Positions 33,470-44,731 of a stretch of DNA of 64,000 bases are shown here, piece after piece (positions within the stretch are counted from its first letter, which is position 1; each line of letters starts with the position of its first letter). A program made the translations under genes and the position numbers. This DNA is from an uncultured Nitrospiraceae bacterium (GTDB taxonomy: Bacteria; Nitrospirota; Thermodesulfovibrionia; Thermodesulfovibrionales; SM23-35): positions 288,001-352,000 of the forward strand of contig CAVSHB010000001.1 of assembly GCA_963727775.1 (NCBI GenBank), written 5' to 3'. Below the pieces are notes generated by a model. It had not been told where the DNA came from and did not search any database. It saw only the letters and a list, made by a program, of their open reading frames with translations.

Positions 33470-34184
33470 AAAGGAACCGTTCAGATATTGTCCGGGGTGC
33501 GGTCACAGTCTCATTCACAGGATGATCGCCGAATGTATAGACACTTTAAATATCAGGGAAAAAGTTGTGGGGATCGCTCCTATCGGGTGCGCCGTATTTG
33601 CCTACGATTATTTTAATTTTGATGTGCTCGAGGTCGCGCACGGCAGGCCGCCGGCCGCGGCAACCGGTCTTAAACGCGCCATGCCCGACAGGATAATCTT
33701 TTCATATCAGGGTGACGGTGACCTCGCTGCAATAGGAACAGCCGAGATAATCCACGCTGCCAACAGGGGTGAAAATATCTCTGTGTTTTTTGTGAATAAT
33801 GCGACATACGGCATGACCGGAGGCCAAATGGCGCCGACTACCCTCCCGGGCCAGAGGACAACAACAACACCCTCCGGCAGAGAAGTCGGGAAAGAGGGCT
33901 ATCCATTACATATCTCTGAACTCCTTGCGACAATTGAAGGGGCTTCTTATATTGCCAGGACTTCATTAGATTCATGCAAGAACGTAATAAATACAAAGAA
34001 AGCTATAGCGAAGTCATTAATGTACCAGATAGAAGGCAGAGGGTTCAGTCTTGTGGAGATACTTTCGCCATGCCCCGTGGACTGGAAGCTTACGCCAAAG
34101 GACGCGCTGGCATGGATCAAAAAAGAAATGACTTCCGTGTTTCCCCTCGGTATTTTTAAAGACAATTTCAAGGAGAGCGGATAA
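33435..34184 (+). CDS. 2-oxoacid:ferredoxin oxidoreductase beta subunit (TPP-binding)
   Basis: YCPGCGH, YQGDGD and YGMTGGQ motifs. Confidence 0.92.
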   Translation: MEKVFQRPKSLKKEPFRYCPGCGHSLIHRMIAECIDTLNIREKVVGIAPIGCAVFAYDYFNFDVLEVAHGRPPAAATGLKRAMPDRIIFSYQGDGDLAAIGTAEIIHAANRGENISVFFVNNATYGMTGGQMAPTTLPGQRTTTTPSGREVGKEGYPLHISELLATIEGASYIARTSLDSCKNVINTKKAIAKSLMYQIEGRGFSLVEILSPCPVDWKLTPKDALAWIKKEMTSVFPLGIFKDNFKESG

Positions 34185-34733
34185 CTGGAAACCAGGATAA
34201 TAATCGGCGGGTTCGGCGGTCAGGGCATACTCTTATTCGGGAAAATACTTGCTCATGCGGGGATGATCGAAGGCAAAGAGGTAACGTGGTTCCCTTCTTA
34301 CGGGGCGGAAGTGAGAGGAGGGACTGCAAACTGTACCGTGGTTGTCTCAGACGAACTGATAGGCTCCCCCGTCGCCGCAAGTCCCGACATATTAATAGTA
34401 ATGAGCGACGCGTCTCTGAATAAATTTTTGCCGAAACTCAGACAAAACGGCCTTCTGATGTTCGATTCCTCTTTGATCAAGGGGCCTGTTACGCGTACCG
34501 ATGTCGAAACCGTCGGAGTGCCCGCGACAGAAATATCGAGTCAGGCCGGCAATACTAAAGCAGCCAATATGGTCATGCTCGGCGCATTTATCAAGAAGAC
34601 GGGAATATTAAATGAAGCTTCCGTGTTTGAAGCAGTCGAAAGTTCGATGCCGGCCGGTAAAAATAAGAGCACTGAGAATAATAAAAAGGCCGTTAATGAA
34701 GGGATAAGGTTTATTGAAGACAAGAAAAGCTAA
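34185..34733 (+). CDS. 2-oxoacid:acceptor oxidoreductase gamma subunit (probable CTG start)
   Basis: In-frame upstream extension IIIGGFGGQG; PSYGAEVRGG; NMVMLGA. Confidence 0.88.
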   Translation: METRIIIGGFGGQGILLFGKILAHAGMIEGKEVTWFPSYGAEVRGGTANCTVVVSDELIGSPVAASPDILIVMSDASLNKFLPKLRQNGLLMFDSSLIKGPVTRTDVETVGVPATEISSQAGNTKAANMVMLGAFIKKTGILNEASVFEAVESSMPAGKNKSTENNKKAVNEGIRFIEDKKS

Positions 34734-35166
34734 GATATCCGACCTGAAGCAGGTCCAGAAGCTTATAAATGATTTTGCAAAACGCGAGCAGATGATCCCA
34801 AGATCCCTGAATGAGCTTTATGAAACCGTGAGGGATTTCTTTGTATGTGAGGCCGACGGGAAAATATGCGGGGTCTGCGCCCTGCACATCATGTGGGAAG
34901 ACCTCGCAGAGATCCGCTCACTCGCAGTTGACGGTAAATATCAGAAAAAGGGCTTGGGCAGAAATCTTGTCAGGCAATGTCTCAAAGAGGCAAGGGCTTT
35001 AGGTATGAATAAGGTCTTCGCACTTACATACCGGCCTGAATTCTTCAAAAAACTGGGTTTTGCCGGTGTCGATAAGGCAAGCCTTCCTCAGAAGATATGG
35101 GGAGACTGTCTGCGCTGCCACAAGTTCCCCGAATGCGATGAGCACGCTGTCATCATAAACCTGTAA
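34714..35166 (+). CDS. GNAT N-acetyltransferase (short ArgA-like N-acetylglutamate synthase)
   Basis: LAEIRSLAV, FALTY and KIWGDC..C.KFP.CDE motifs. Confidence 0.85.
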   Translation: MKTRKAKISDLKQVQKLINDFAKREQMIPRSLNELYETVRDFFVCEADGKICGVCALHIMWEDLAEIRSLAVDGKYQKKGLGRNLVRQCLKEARALGMNKVFALTYRPEFFKKLGFAGVDKASLPQKIWGDCLRCHKFPECDEHAVIINL

Positions 35167-35171
35167 ACCTG

Positions 35172-35333
35172 TTACCAGATCTTTTCGAAAGAGTCCTTCG
35201 GCGCACCGCAAACAGGACAGACCCAACCGTCAGGAAGCTTTTCAAAAGGAGTTTCAGGAAGCACGCCGTAATCCGGGTCTCCGGTTTCAGGGTCGTATAT
35301 ATATCCGCAGACCGTGCACCTGTATTTATCCAT
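35172..35333 (-). CDS. Rubredoxin (53 aa, absent from the ORF track)
   Basis: [15 protein letters not shown]...[17 protein letters not shown]. Confidence 0.95.
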   Translation of the reverse strand: MDKYRCTVCGYIYDPETGDPDYGVLPETPFEKLPDGWVCPVCGAPKDSFEKIW

Positions 35334-35661
35334 TCTTATCTCCTTTCTCAATACTCCTGAAGAAACATGTCTTGTTCCCCGTATGACAGGCGCCGGAACC
35401 GTGTTGGATTACCTTAACAAGCAGTGTGTCCTCATCGCAGTCATAGAGGATCTCCTTTACCTCCTGGACGTGCCCGGATGTTTCCCCTTTCTTCCAGTAT
35501 TTCTGCCTCGACCGCGACCAGAAATGTGTGAACCCTGTATCAAGGGTCATCTCAAGCGATTTTCTGTTCATGTAGGCCATCATCAGTATATCCCCGGTTT
35601 TCACATCCTGGATGATAGCGGGTATTAAGCCTTTGTCGTCATATTTCAATTCAGGTATCAT
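35326..35661 (-). CDS. hisI: Phosphoribosyl-AMP cyclohydrolase
   Basis: WSRSR, KGETSG, DCDED and ACHTG motifs. Confidence 0.95.
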   Translation of the reverse strand: MIPELKYDDKGLIPAIIQDVKTGDILMMAYMNRKSLEMTLDTGFTHFWSRSRQKYWKKGETSGHVQEVKEILYDCDEDTLLVKVIQHGSGACHTGNKTCFFRSIEKGDKNG

Positions 35662-35682
35662 TAGCTCATCTCCATTTTTTAT

Positions 35683-36165
35683 TTACAGTTTATATCCTAT
35701 CTTTCTCAGGAATTCTTTTCTATGCGCCTTGTCCTCGGGCATTTCCACTCCTTTAGGGGGAAAACCGTCTATTACGCCGAGCACGCCTCTGCCTTGGGAT
35801 GTTGCTGCAACGATCACCTCAATCGGGTTTGCAGTCGCACAGAAAATCCCGCATACCTCCGGACAATTTTTTATCCGTGTAAGGACATTAATGGGAAAAG
35901 CATTCTTAAGGAGGATGCAAAAGACATGGCCGGCGCCTATTTCCTGCAGGTCCTTTACGCAGTAACTCACGAGGTCGGCATCATTCCCCTCTGTCCTTAT
36001 CAGGCAAGGTCCTGAAGCCTCTGTGAATGCAGCGCCGAATTTTGCCTGGGGGACGGTCGTCACTATGATTTCATAGAGATCTTCTATGGTTTTAATAAAA
36101 TGTGTCTGCCCCAGGATAATATTACACCCCTCGGGGATATCTATCTTGATTGTCTTCAGCTCCAT
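35683..36165 (-). CDS. Adenosine-specific kinase family (DUF355) protein
   Basis: GQTHFIKT, EASGPCL and CATANP motifs. Confidence 0.85.
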   Translation of the reverse strand: MELKTIKIDIPEGCNIILGQTHFIKTIEDLYEIIVTTVPQAKFGAAFTEASGPCLIRTEGNDADLVSYCVKDLQEIGAGHVFCILLKNAFPINVLTRIKNCPEVCGIFCATANPIEVIVAATSQGRGVLGVIDGFPPKGVEMPEDKAHRKEFLRKIGYKL

Positions 36166-36277
36166 ATCTGCCTCCTTATTCAATGTGACTGATGAATCCG
36201 GACTTATTTTGCTATGATATAATGAAAATAAATTTTTCTTTATGTCAAGCCTTAAAAATTAAGAGATAACTCATATA

Positions 36278-36883
36278 ATGAAAGCAAATAATTATAAATT
36301 AAAAGATATAAGGCAAAGATTGTTACCCCTTTCCGCCTTTCACTTTTTTCTTTTGATTTTCCTGCTGCTCTCATACACCCCCGCTGATTGTATGGAAATA
36401 ACAGGGCCGGAGGTAAAAGTGCAGGACAAAGACATCTACGTTACAACATCCCTTTCGCTGGAAGAGAATTATTTGCGGGAAATAAATAACGGGATAAAAA
36501 AAGAGTTCAGGTTTTATATAGACATCTTCAAGGTATGGAAAATTTGGCCTGATGAGTTCGTACTGAGTAAATCTTTTACAAGGACTATGAAGTCCGATCC
36601 CGTAACAATGGAATATATCGCGACATCGAGTGATGGGAGCACTTTAATACAGAAAAGGTTCAAATCGTTTGAATCGATGACAAGATGGGCTTTAAGCATC
36701 AATAACCTGAAGGTCGCAAATATGCGGGATCTCGATCCTGGAGTTTATTTTGTCAGGGTGACTGTTGAATCAAAAGTAAGGAAATTGCCCCCTGTTATAG
36801 GTTATTTTATGATTTTCTTGCCTGAAAATGAATTCAAGATCACGAAAGATTCTCAATATATCTCTGTCGGTACCGCTAAATGA
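36278..36883 (+). CDS. DUF4390 domain protein
   Basis: Signal/TM segment; position upstream of ntrY; KLPPVIGY C-terminus. Confidence 0.65.
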   Translation: MKANNYKLKDIRQRLLPLSAFHFFLLIFLLLSYTPADCMEITGPEVKVQDKDIYVTTSLSLEENYLREINNGIKKEFRFYIDIFKVWKIWPDEFVLSKSFTRTMKSDPVTMEYIATSSDGSTLIQKRFKSFESMTRWALSINNLKVANMRDLDPGVYFVRVTVESKVRKLPPVIGYFMIFLPENEFKITKDSQYISVGTAK

Positions 36884-38916
36884 AAGGTTCACGCTTTAAC
36901 ATCTTTCTAATCACCATATTCCTTCTAATCACTGTAGCTTTCGGGGTAGAGCTACATTACATGAGGCTTGAATCCTTGGCTTTTCCCATAAGGCTCGCTC
37001 TGCTTTTACTCCTTAACCTGACGATTATTGCTTTACTTGTCCTGATGTTTTTTGTGGCCAAAAGCATCGTGAAACTTTATTTCGAGAGAAAGTACAAGAT
37101 TCTCGGTTACAAGTTTAAGACAAAACTTGTCATTACACTTGTTGTCCTGACATTGATACCGGCTGCTTTTCTCTTTTTTGTAGCAAGCGGGCTCATCACC
37201 AGTTATATCGACAGGTGGTTTTCTCCGCAGATAAAACAGCCTTTGCTCAGTTCAATCGAAATCGCAAAAACATTGTATGAAATCGAGAGACAAAAAACCC
37301 TTGATTACGCAAGAACACCCCATGCAGGAAAGACAAGCACGGAAAAGTTTACTGTCAGGCATCTCTCCGAGATGCCGAAAGACGCTACGGAAACAGTAAA
37401 GGCCGCCTTTGACGGCAGGGAGGGCACTGAAGTCATATCCGATGACAAAGGAGACATTATAAGGGCGGTTGTCCCGGCATTTAAAAACAGCAGGATGTCA
37501 GGCGTACTGATAGTGGAATCTATGATCCCGGGAAAGATTACCAGGAACGTTGAAAATATTAAGGACGCATATGAAAACTACTTAACGCTTGAGACGTGGA
37601 AGATGCCGATAAAAGCGAATTACCTCTCGATTCTCGGTTTTCTTACTGTAATTGTAGTCTTTATGGCCCTCTGGATAGCCCTTCGAATTTCGAAGGGGAT
37701 AACCGATCCCATACAGATCCTTGCGCAGGCAACGGAGGCGGTTGCGGCCGGGAACCTCGATACTAAAGTTTCGATCGACAGAGAAGACGAGATAGGGCTC
37801 TTGGTAACTTCATTTAACCACATGGTAAAAGAATTGAAAGAAGCGGAAGAATCGCTTCAGTCCGCCTGTCTTGTGTCGGACAGGAGGAGACTTGTTATCG
37901 AGAATATCCTTGATAACATAAACTCGGGCGTTGTAATGCTCGATACAACCGGGGCTGTCCGGGTGATCAATAAACGCGCGTGTTCAATCCTGGATATAGA
38001 TCCTGAGCAGATGGTCAACAGGAATTACCGGGAGCTCATTTCCATAATAAAATCCGAAGAACTCCACAAGCTTGTCGGCAGTATTGAAGGCCGTGAATTC
38101 AAGCCCGTCAGAAAAGAGATCAAGGCGGTCATCGGAAATAAAAAAGTGATACTCCTGATCTTTATAACGAGTCTCAAAGATTCCCAGACATATATAGGCC
38201 TGCTCGTTGTCTTCGATGATCTCACGGAGGTCATAGAAGCTCAGAAGGCGCTGACATGGCAGGACATAGCCAGAAAGATAGCGCATGAGGTAAAAAATCC
38301 GTTGACCCCCATTAAGCTCTCGGCGGAGCGCATGATTAAAAAATGGGAACATAAAGACCCTGATTTCGGAGAGGTGTGCCAGAGGTCTGCAAGGACCATA
38401 GTAAAAGAAGTGGACAGCCTCAAAAGGCTGGTTGACGAGTTTTCAAAATTCGGGAAGATGCCCGAAATACACAAGACGCCGACCTCCATCCCTATGGTGA
38501 TAGACGAGGTCGTCAACCTGTACAAAGATTTCAATAACATCGAGATACGCGTTTCTGCGCCGGACAACCCGCCTCCGGCGGAGCTGGACGGGGAACAGTT
38601 CAGGCGGGTTTTGATCAATATCTTTGACAACGCCATACAGGCGATGTCGAACAGGGGCAGGATCGATGTGGAGCTGAGTTTTAATACGCCGTCGAATATG
38701 GCATATATAGAAATCGCGGACAATGGCCCCGGCATTAAAGATGAATACAAGGAAAAATTGTTCCTCCCGAATTTTTCAACCAAAAAGGACGGCACCGGCC
38801 TTGGACTCGCGATAGCAAACAGGATTGTAAAAGAGCACGGGGGAAATATAAGTATAAGGGACAACTCGCCTCACGGCACTGTATTCACATTAGAGGTCCC
38901 TGTAAAGGAGAGTTAA
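36880..38916 (+). CDS. ntrY: NtrY-like HAMP-PAS histidine kinase
   Basis: WQDIARKIAHEVKNPLTPIKLSAER. Confidence 0.8.
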   Translation: MKGSRFNIFLITIFLLITVAFGVELHYMRLESLAFPIRLALLLLLNLTIIALLVLMFFVAKSIVKLYFERKYKILGYKFKTKLVITLVVLTLIPAAFLFFVASGLITSYIDRWFSPQIKQPLLSSIEIAKTLYEIERQKTLDYARTPHAGKTSTEKFTVRHLSEMPKDATETVKAAFDGREGTEVISDDKGDIIRAVVPAFKNSRMSGVLIVESMIPGKITRNVENIKDAYENYLTLETWKMPIKANYLSILGFLTVIVVFMALWIALRISKGITDPIQILAQATEAVAAGNLDTKVSIDREDEIGLLVTSFNHMVKELKEAEESLQSACLVSDRRRLVIENILDNINSGVVMLDTTGAVRVINKRACSILDIDPEQMVNRNYRELISIIKSEELHKLVGSIEGREFKPVRKEIKAVIGNKKVILLIFITSLKDSQTYIGLLVVFDDLTEVIEAQKALTWQDIARKIAHEVKNPLTPIKLSAERMIKKWEHKDPDFGEVCQRSARTIVKEVDSLKRLVDEFSKFGKMPEIHKTPTSIPMVIDEVVNLYKDFNNIEIRVSAPDNPPPAELDGEQFRRVLINIFDNAIQAMSNRGRIDVELSFNTPSNMAYIEIADNGPGIKDEYKEKLFLPNFSTKKDGTGLGLAIANRIVKEHGGNISIRDNSPHGTVFTLEVPVKES

Positions 38917-40260
38917 ATGACAGAGTTCAGCGTACTGATAATAGATGATGAAGAGGGAATCTGTGAAAGCCTTTCGGGGATATTTGAGGATGAAGGTTAT
39001 TCCGTTCTTACGGCAAATTCGGGGGAAGAAGCGCTCAAGGGCTTAAGGGAACAGACCCCGGATTTGATACTGCTCGATGTTTGGCTCACGGGCCTTGACG
39101 GTATTCAAACCCTCAAGGAAATAAAAGACATGAAGCCGGACATTCCCGTCATCATGATTTCGGGCCACGGGAATATAGAACTCGCCATTACGGCCACGAG
39201 GATGGGGGCGTATGATTTTCTTGAAAAACCGCTCTCACTCGAAAGGGTCCTGCTGGTTGCGCAAAGGGCACTCGAAAAAAGGGTACTTGAAATAGAAAAT
39301 ATGTCCCTGAAAAAAGATCTGATAAGAAAATGGAAACTCGTCGGGAATTCCGCGAAAGTGGTCCGGCTCAGGGAGGAGATCGATAAAGCCGCGAAGAGCA
39401 ACGGCAGGGTGCTGATACTCGGTGAGAGCGGCTGCGGCAAAGAGCTTGTCGCGCATATTTTACATGAACACAGTAACAGAACGGATAAACCCTTTGTAGA
39501 GATGAATTGCGCGGCGATACCGCAGGAACTCATCGAGAGCGAACTGTTCGGCCATGAAAAGGGTTCTTTTACCGGCGCATTCGAAAGGAAGAAAGGTAAA
39601 TTTGAACTCGCGGATGAAGGCACTTTATTCCTCGATGAAGTAGGCGATATGTCTCTTACTACCCAATCAAAGGTGCTTCGCGTTTTGGAAACGCAGGAAT
39701 TCCAGCGTGTCGGCGGCAGCAAAAGCATAAAGGTGGATGTCAGGATTATTGCGGCTACGAACAAGGACCTTATTGAAGAAGTGAAAAAGGGAAACTTCCG
39801 GGAAGACCTCCTTTACAGGCTCAATGTCATTCCGCTTGAAGTGCCTCCTCTCAGAGAAAGGAAGGGCGATATACCGATTCTTGTTAAACACTTCCTCGAT
39901 CATTTTGCTGTGGAATACGGACAAAAACCGAAAACGATAACACCGGACGGATTGAATATGCTCGAAATCTATGACTGGCCCGGAAATATCAGGGAGCTTA
40001 GGAATGTGATAGAACGGCTTGTTATCATGACTCCATCGAATACTGTAACAGCCAGGAACATTACTATCGGCGAGTCGGCCCCCTCAGACTATTTCGCCTT
40101 CAACACATTAAAAGAGGCCAGGGAATTATTCGAAAAGGACTTTATTGCAAAAAAGCTTGAAGAAAATAACTGGAACATCTCCAGGACCGCTGAGATACTC
40201 GATATCGAGAGAAGCAACCTGCACAGGAAAATCAAAGCATACGATATTAAGACGCCATAG
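38917..40260 (+). CDS. ntrX: NtrX-like sigma54 response regulator
   Basis: ISGHGNIE receiver, GSFTGA, ERSNLHRK HTH. Confidence 0.8.
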   Translation: MTEFSVLIIDDEEGICESLSGIFEDEGYSVLTANSGEEALKGLREQTPDLILLDVWLTGLDGIQTLKEIKDMKPDIPVIMISGHGNIELAITATRMGAYDFLEKPLSLERVLLVAQRALEKRVLEIENMSLKKDLIRKWKLVGNSAKVVRLREEIDKAAKSNGRVLILGESGCGKELVAHILHEHSNRTDKPFVEMNCAAIPQELIESELFGHEKGSFTGAFERKKGKFELADEGTLFLDEVGDMSLTTQSKVLRVLETQEFQRVGGSKSIKVDVRIIAATNKDLIEEVKKGNFREDLLYRLNVIPLEVPPLRERKGDIPILVKHFLDHFAVEYGQKPKTITPDGLNMLEIYDWPGNIRELRNVIERLVIMTPSNTVTARNITIGESAPSDYFAFNTLKEARELFEKDFIAKKLEENNWNISRTAEILDIERSNLHRKIKAYDIKTP

Positions 40261-40262
40261 TC

Positions 40263-41828
40263 ATGTCACTTAAGAAAAAAATAACGCTCAGTTTTCTTAT
40301 TAGTATAAGCATTATAATTATTCTCGCGGCGTTCGAATACAGCAATTTCATAGAGATCAGGCGGGAAATCAGGCATCTGGAGATCACCGATAATATAAGG
40401 AGTAAATCTCTCCAGTTGAGACGACATGAGAAAAACTATTTTCTTAATTATTCAAAGGCCAAAGAAGAGTCTGAAGCAGTACGGAAATACATCTCTGAAC
40501 TGAACGGCATCATCAACGCAGGTTCCGCCGGCAGTCTGCCCATGTATGATCTGAAGGCGTCCATAAAGGAATATGAGCAAAGGTTCAACAGGATAGAATC
40601 ATCTTCGAAGGATCTGTCGAAAGAATTTGAGGCAATAAAAAATTCCCATTCGAAATTCCATGAATATTTTCCGCTCATCGAATCGATCCTGATAGAGCAT
40701 CCACTCCAGGGCGCCGAATTGCTCCAGAAAATGTTTTCACTCTCTTCAGATAATAAACTCATTCCAGGTCTTAAAGAACTCGATCTGCAAATAAGCGCGC
40801 TAAGAAAAAACGGGGAAAATATCCTGGTGGTATCGGAAGAACTGGACAAGCACGCCAGAGAATATGTGGATAAGACAATCCATGTATCACAGCTTGCGAT
40901 CTTTATATTTTTCCCTTTATTCTTTATCACGGGGATAGGGACAATATTCTTTTTTAACAGGGACGTTGTTAACCGTCTGAAAGCCCTTATCGAGGTTGTA
41001 GAAAAGACAGGTAAGGGCAGTTTCTCGAAAGTGTACCTTTCGCCGGCAAACTGGGGCAGCAATGATGAGGTATCGACACTGATCCGGAAGTTCAATGAAA
41101 TGGAAGAACAACTTGTCCAGAGGGCAAAGGAACTCGACAAAAAGAACAAAGAATTATTTCAGGCCAAAAAACTGGCTGCCATCGGAACATTGGCGTCCGG
41201 GGTGGCGCACGAGCTGAATAATCCACTCAACAACATCTATATTTCTACGCAGGTTTTGGTGAGGGAAGTGGGAGCCGCCTGCCCTCCGGATATAAAGGAG
41301 GTAGTGTCCGACATCCATAGCCAGACCCTCAGGGTCAAGAATATCGTGGGCGATCTTCTCGAATTTGCCCGGGGGAGGGAGCCTAAGGTGAAAGCAGTGG
41401 ATTTGAGAGATCTTATTGCGAATGCATATAAATTTGCCGGAAACTCCATCAATACGGAAAAGATAAGGTTCGTGCTCGATTCCGATATGGAAGGCTTAAT
41501 TATTCATGCGGACCCTGAACAGATGGAAAGGGTTTTCATCAACCTTTTTACGAATGCGGTTGAGGCGATGTCGGGCGAAGGCGAGTTGACGGTTAAAGTG
41601 TCGAACGAGAATAATCTTATAATAATTGAAATATGTGATTCGGGAAAGGGAATGTCCGTGGAGGCGCAGGAAAAGATCTTCGAGCCTTTTTATACAACAA
41701 AAGATAAAGGCACGGGGCTTGGACTTGCCATCGTTTTTAATATAATAAATAAGCATAACGGCAATATAAGCATTCAAAGCGAAGAAGGGAAGGGAACTAC
41801 CTTTATTATTGCCCTTCCGAAAGGTTGA
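40263..41828 (+). CDS. Sensor histidine kinase
   Basis: Two TMs, AHELNNPL, GTGLGL. Confidence 0.9.
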   Translation: MSLKKKITLSFLISISIIIILAAFEYSNFIEIRREIRHLEITDNIRSKSLQLRRHEKNYFLNYSKAKEESEAVRKYISELNGIINAGSAGSLPMYDLKASIKEYEQRFNRIESSSKDLSKEFEAIKNSHSKFHEYFPLIESILIEHPLQGAELLQKMFSLSSDNKLIPGLKELDLQISALRKNGENILVVSEELDKHAREYVDKTIHVSQLAIFIFFPLFFITGIGTIFFFNRDVVNRLKALIEVVEKTGKGSFSKVYLSPANWGSNDEVSTLIRKFNEMEEQLVQRAKELDKKNKELFQAKKLAAIGTLASGVAHELNNPLNNIYISTQVLVREVGAACPPDIKEVVSDIHSQTLRVKNIVGDLLEFARGREPKVKAVDLRDLIANAYKFAGNSINTEKIRFVLDSDMEGLIIHADPEQMERVFINLFTNAVEAMSGEGELTVKVSNENNLIIIEICDSGKGMSVEAQEKIFEPFYTTKDKGTGLGLAIVFNIINKHNGNISIQSEEGKGTTFIIALPKG

Positions 41829-41833
41829 TCAGG

Positions 41834-43165
41834 ATGGCTTTTAAAATACTGGTAGCTGAGGATGAAGAAATAACATTAAAACACCTGCTTTCAACCCTGC
41901 AAAAAGAGGGGTATGAAGTCTCAGGCGTAGGTAACGGTCGGAAGGCTTTTGAGAGTTTAGAGAAAGAGCATTTCGATCTGCTTATAGCCGACATAAAGAT
42001 GCCCGGGCTCACTGGGCTCGAAGTTCTGCAGAAAATAAAAGAGAAACATATAGAAACCGAGGTCATAATCATAACCGGCTATGGCAGCATAGATTCCGCC
42101 GTGGCGGCCATGAAGCAGGGCGCTTATGATTATATCGCGAAACCGTTTAATCTTGATGAACTGCTTTTAAAGGTCATGAAAATCTTCGAGGAGACCAACC
42201 TGAAGAAAGAAATCATTGCATTAAAAACGTCCTTAGGCGCGAACAGCAAGATCTCTGGAATCGCAAAGAGCGAAAGCATGAAGAAGATATTCGGTATCAT
42301 TGAAAGCATACAGGATTCCGATTGTGACGTTATGCTGACAGGAGAAAGCGGTGTCGGCAAAAGTCTTATTGCGAGACTGGTCCATTCAATCAGCCAAAGG
42401 AAAGAGAAACCTTTCCTGTCGATAAATTGCGCTACCTTCACCGAAAATCTCCTTACCAGTGAATTGTTCGGCCATGAAAGGGGGGCTTTTACCGGCGCGG
42501 TCACGACTAAGCAGGGACTGCTGGAGATCGCGGACACGGGGACCATCTTTCTTGATGAAATATCGGAAATATCGACAAGCTTACAGGCAAAATTGCTACA
42601 TGTAATAGAAGACGGAGAGTTCTTCAGGGTTGGCGGCACAAGACCTCTAAGGGTTGATGTAAGATTTATCGCGGCAACCAACAGAAATATAACTGCCCTC
42701 ATATCCGAGGGAAAATTCAGGGAAGACCTTTATTACAGGCTGAATGTAATGGAAATCCATGTCCCGCCTTTGAGGGAGCGCAGGGAAGATATCGAACCTC
42801 TCAGTAAATATTTCCTGGGAAAGTACCTCCCGAAATCGAGCAAAAAAATAACCGGCTTTACAAAAGAAGCTATGGGGATATTGATGAACTATAGTTTCCC
42901 GGGAAACGTCAGAGAGCTTGAAAACATTATCGAAAGGGCGATAATCCTTGAAAAAAGTTCCATGATTACCGCCGAAAGTCTGCCCCAGGGTCTACAGCTG
43001 TTCCAGATTGAAACACTATTGCCGGGTAATATCAAACCCATCGATGAATTGAATAAAGAGTATGCAGAAAAAGTAGTAGAGATGCTCGGCGGCAATAGAT
43101 CGAAGGCTGCAGAGCTTCTGGGGATATCACGAACAAGCCTGTGGAGAATATTAAAAGAAGAATAG
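41834..43165 (+). CDS. Sigma54-dependent response regulator
   Basis: Receiver, GESGVGKS, GAFTGA, HTH. Confidence 0.92.
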   Translation: MAFKILVAEDEEITLKHLLSTLQKEGYEVSGVGNGRKAFESLEKEHFDLLIADIKMPGLTGLEVLQKIKEKHIETEVIIITGYGSIDSAVAAMKQGAYDYIAKPFNLDELLLKVMKIFEETNLKKEIIALKTSLGANSKISGIAKSESMKKIFGIIESIQDSDCDVMLTGESGVGKSLIARLVHSISQRKEKPFLSINCATFTENLLTSELFGHERGAFTGAVTTKQGLLEIADTGTIFLDEISEISTSLQAKLLHVIEDGEFFRVGGTRPLRVDVRFIAATNRNITALISEGKFREDLYYRLNVMEIHVPPLRERREDIEPLSKYFLGKYLPKSSKKITGFTKEAMGILMNYSFPGNVRELENIIERAIILEKSSMITAESLPQGLQLFQIETLLPGNIKPIDELNKEYAEKVVEMLGGNRSKAAELLGISRTSLWRILKEE

Positions 43166-43227
43166 CGTTCACCGCTGTTCAAATCTGAAACATTCATTTG
43201 CCTCTCCTTTTTTTAACTTCCTTTGTA

Positions 43228-43261
43228 TTTCAATGAGTTACAAGCAGGCATCTTTATTGCT
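43228..43261 (+). promoter_or_regulatory. Sigma54 promoter with upstream IHF-like site
   Basis: AGGCATCTTTATTGCT (GG-N10-GC); TTTCAATGAGTTA. Confidence 0.65.
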
Positions 43262-43280
43262 TTCTATGTAGTTAATCAAT

Positions 43281-43795
43281 TACAGGAGGCAAACACAAAG
43301 ATGAAAAAAAAGCTGTTGTTCATTACTTATTCTGATGCACATTCGGATGAAGGGCTTTCATATGTCATCGAACTCGCGAAGGTCATGAACGAAGATTTAA
43401 TGATTTTCTTGCTCAGGAAAAAGCAACTTTCGAGAAAATTTGATGATTTGATGACCGCGGTAACTTTTGCAGAGGCGAATGAACATAAAACAGCAAGAGA
43501 GACCATAACGGAAGATTACGAGAACATCAATGAGAACCCCGAGAAGAAGCTTTCAGGTCTTTTTGAAAAATGCCGGGAATCAGGGATTGATGTTGACGTA
43601 TATTCATCAAAATCTGACGCCGCTTCAGCAATAGAAAAATATTTCAAACGCAGAAACGGGGTAGACATAGTTTTGTTAAGTCCGAATGTTACCGACAACA
43701 GTAATTTTACAAAGAGAAAACTTAAAAGACTTTCAGACATAGTCGCGAGGCCGATAGTAACTATAACAAGACAGCCGGCTGCTGTCCCGATCTAA
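43281..43795 (+). CDS. Hypothetical USP-like protein (AVTFAEA motif)
   Basis: ATG after CAGGAGG; first gene of the TauE/USP operon. Confidence 0.7.
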
Positions 43796-43813
43796 AAAAG
43801 GGGGGGAAATATT

Positions 43814-44731
43814 ATGTATCTCTACTTGCCTGTAGCTTTAACCAGCATTAACATTTTAATACCGGTCGGACTCGGTCTAATTGTGGGGCTGCTTTCAGGG
43901 TTGTTTGGAGTCGGCGGCGGATTTTTGATGACACCGCTCTTGATAATGTTCGGCATTCCGTCTACAGTTGCCGCGGCCACAGACTCTAATCAGATTGTCG
44001 CAGCTTCCGTTTCCGGTACTTACGCGCACTGGAGAGTCGGCAATGTCGATTTCAAGATGGGGTTATACCTCCTTGTAGGAGGTTTTCTGGGAGGACTTCT
44101 TGGAGTCGAGTTCATTAAGGTCCTACGGGCAATGGGGAACGCCGACTTTGTAATCAAGATCACTTATGTGCTGATGCTCGGCATAGTCGGGGCTTACATG
44201 TTCATTGAAAGCATCCAGAGCCTGAGGAGTAAAAAGTCAGCAAATGTGAAGGAAGAAAAAGACTCGGCAATTGCAAGATTTCTCAAGTCCCTGCCTTTGC
44301 AGACCCGGTTTGAAAAGTCCGGGGTAACGCATTCTACCATAGTACCGGTTTTCCTGGGAGGCCTTGTGGGGATACTCGCTGCGATAATGGGTGTCGGCGG
44401 CGGTTTTCTCATGGTGCCGGTGATGTTCTATATTTTGAAGATGCCCATGCATGTTATTGTCGGAACAAGTCTTTTCCAAATCCTATTTACCTGCGTTGAG
44501 GTCACATTTCTCCAATCCTATACGAATCATACAGTCGACTTCGTGCTCGCAGTTTTATTGTTACTCGGATCGACGGTCGGAGCCCAGGTTGGGGCTATCT
44601 TTGGGCGTAAATTAAAGGCGGACCAGCTCAAAGTATTTCTTGCCGTAATAGTCCTTATTGTAACTGTAAAGATAATTTCCGAGCTCACTTTGAGTCCGTC
44701 ATTGCTTTTATCACAAGGAGGGGGGCACTAA
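43814..44731 (+). CDS. TauE/SafE sulfite exporter family permease
   Basis: Two GVGGGF repeats; highly hydrophobic. Confidence 0.88.
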   Translation: MYLYLPVALTSINILIPVGLGLIVGLLSGLFGVGGGFLMTPLLIMFGIPSTVAAATDSNQIVAASVSGTYAHWRVGNVDFKMGLYLLVGGFLGGLLGVEFIKVLRAMGNADFVIKITYVLMLGIVGAYMFIESIQSLRSKKSANVKEEKDSAIARFLKSLPLQTRFEKSGVTHSTIVPVFLGGLVGILAAIMGVGGGFLMVPVMFYILKMPMHVIVGTSLFQILFTCVEVTFLQSYTNHTVDFVLAVLLLLGSTVGAQVGAIFGRKLKADQLKVFLAVIVLIVTVKIISELTLSPSLLLSQGGGH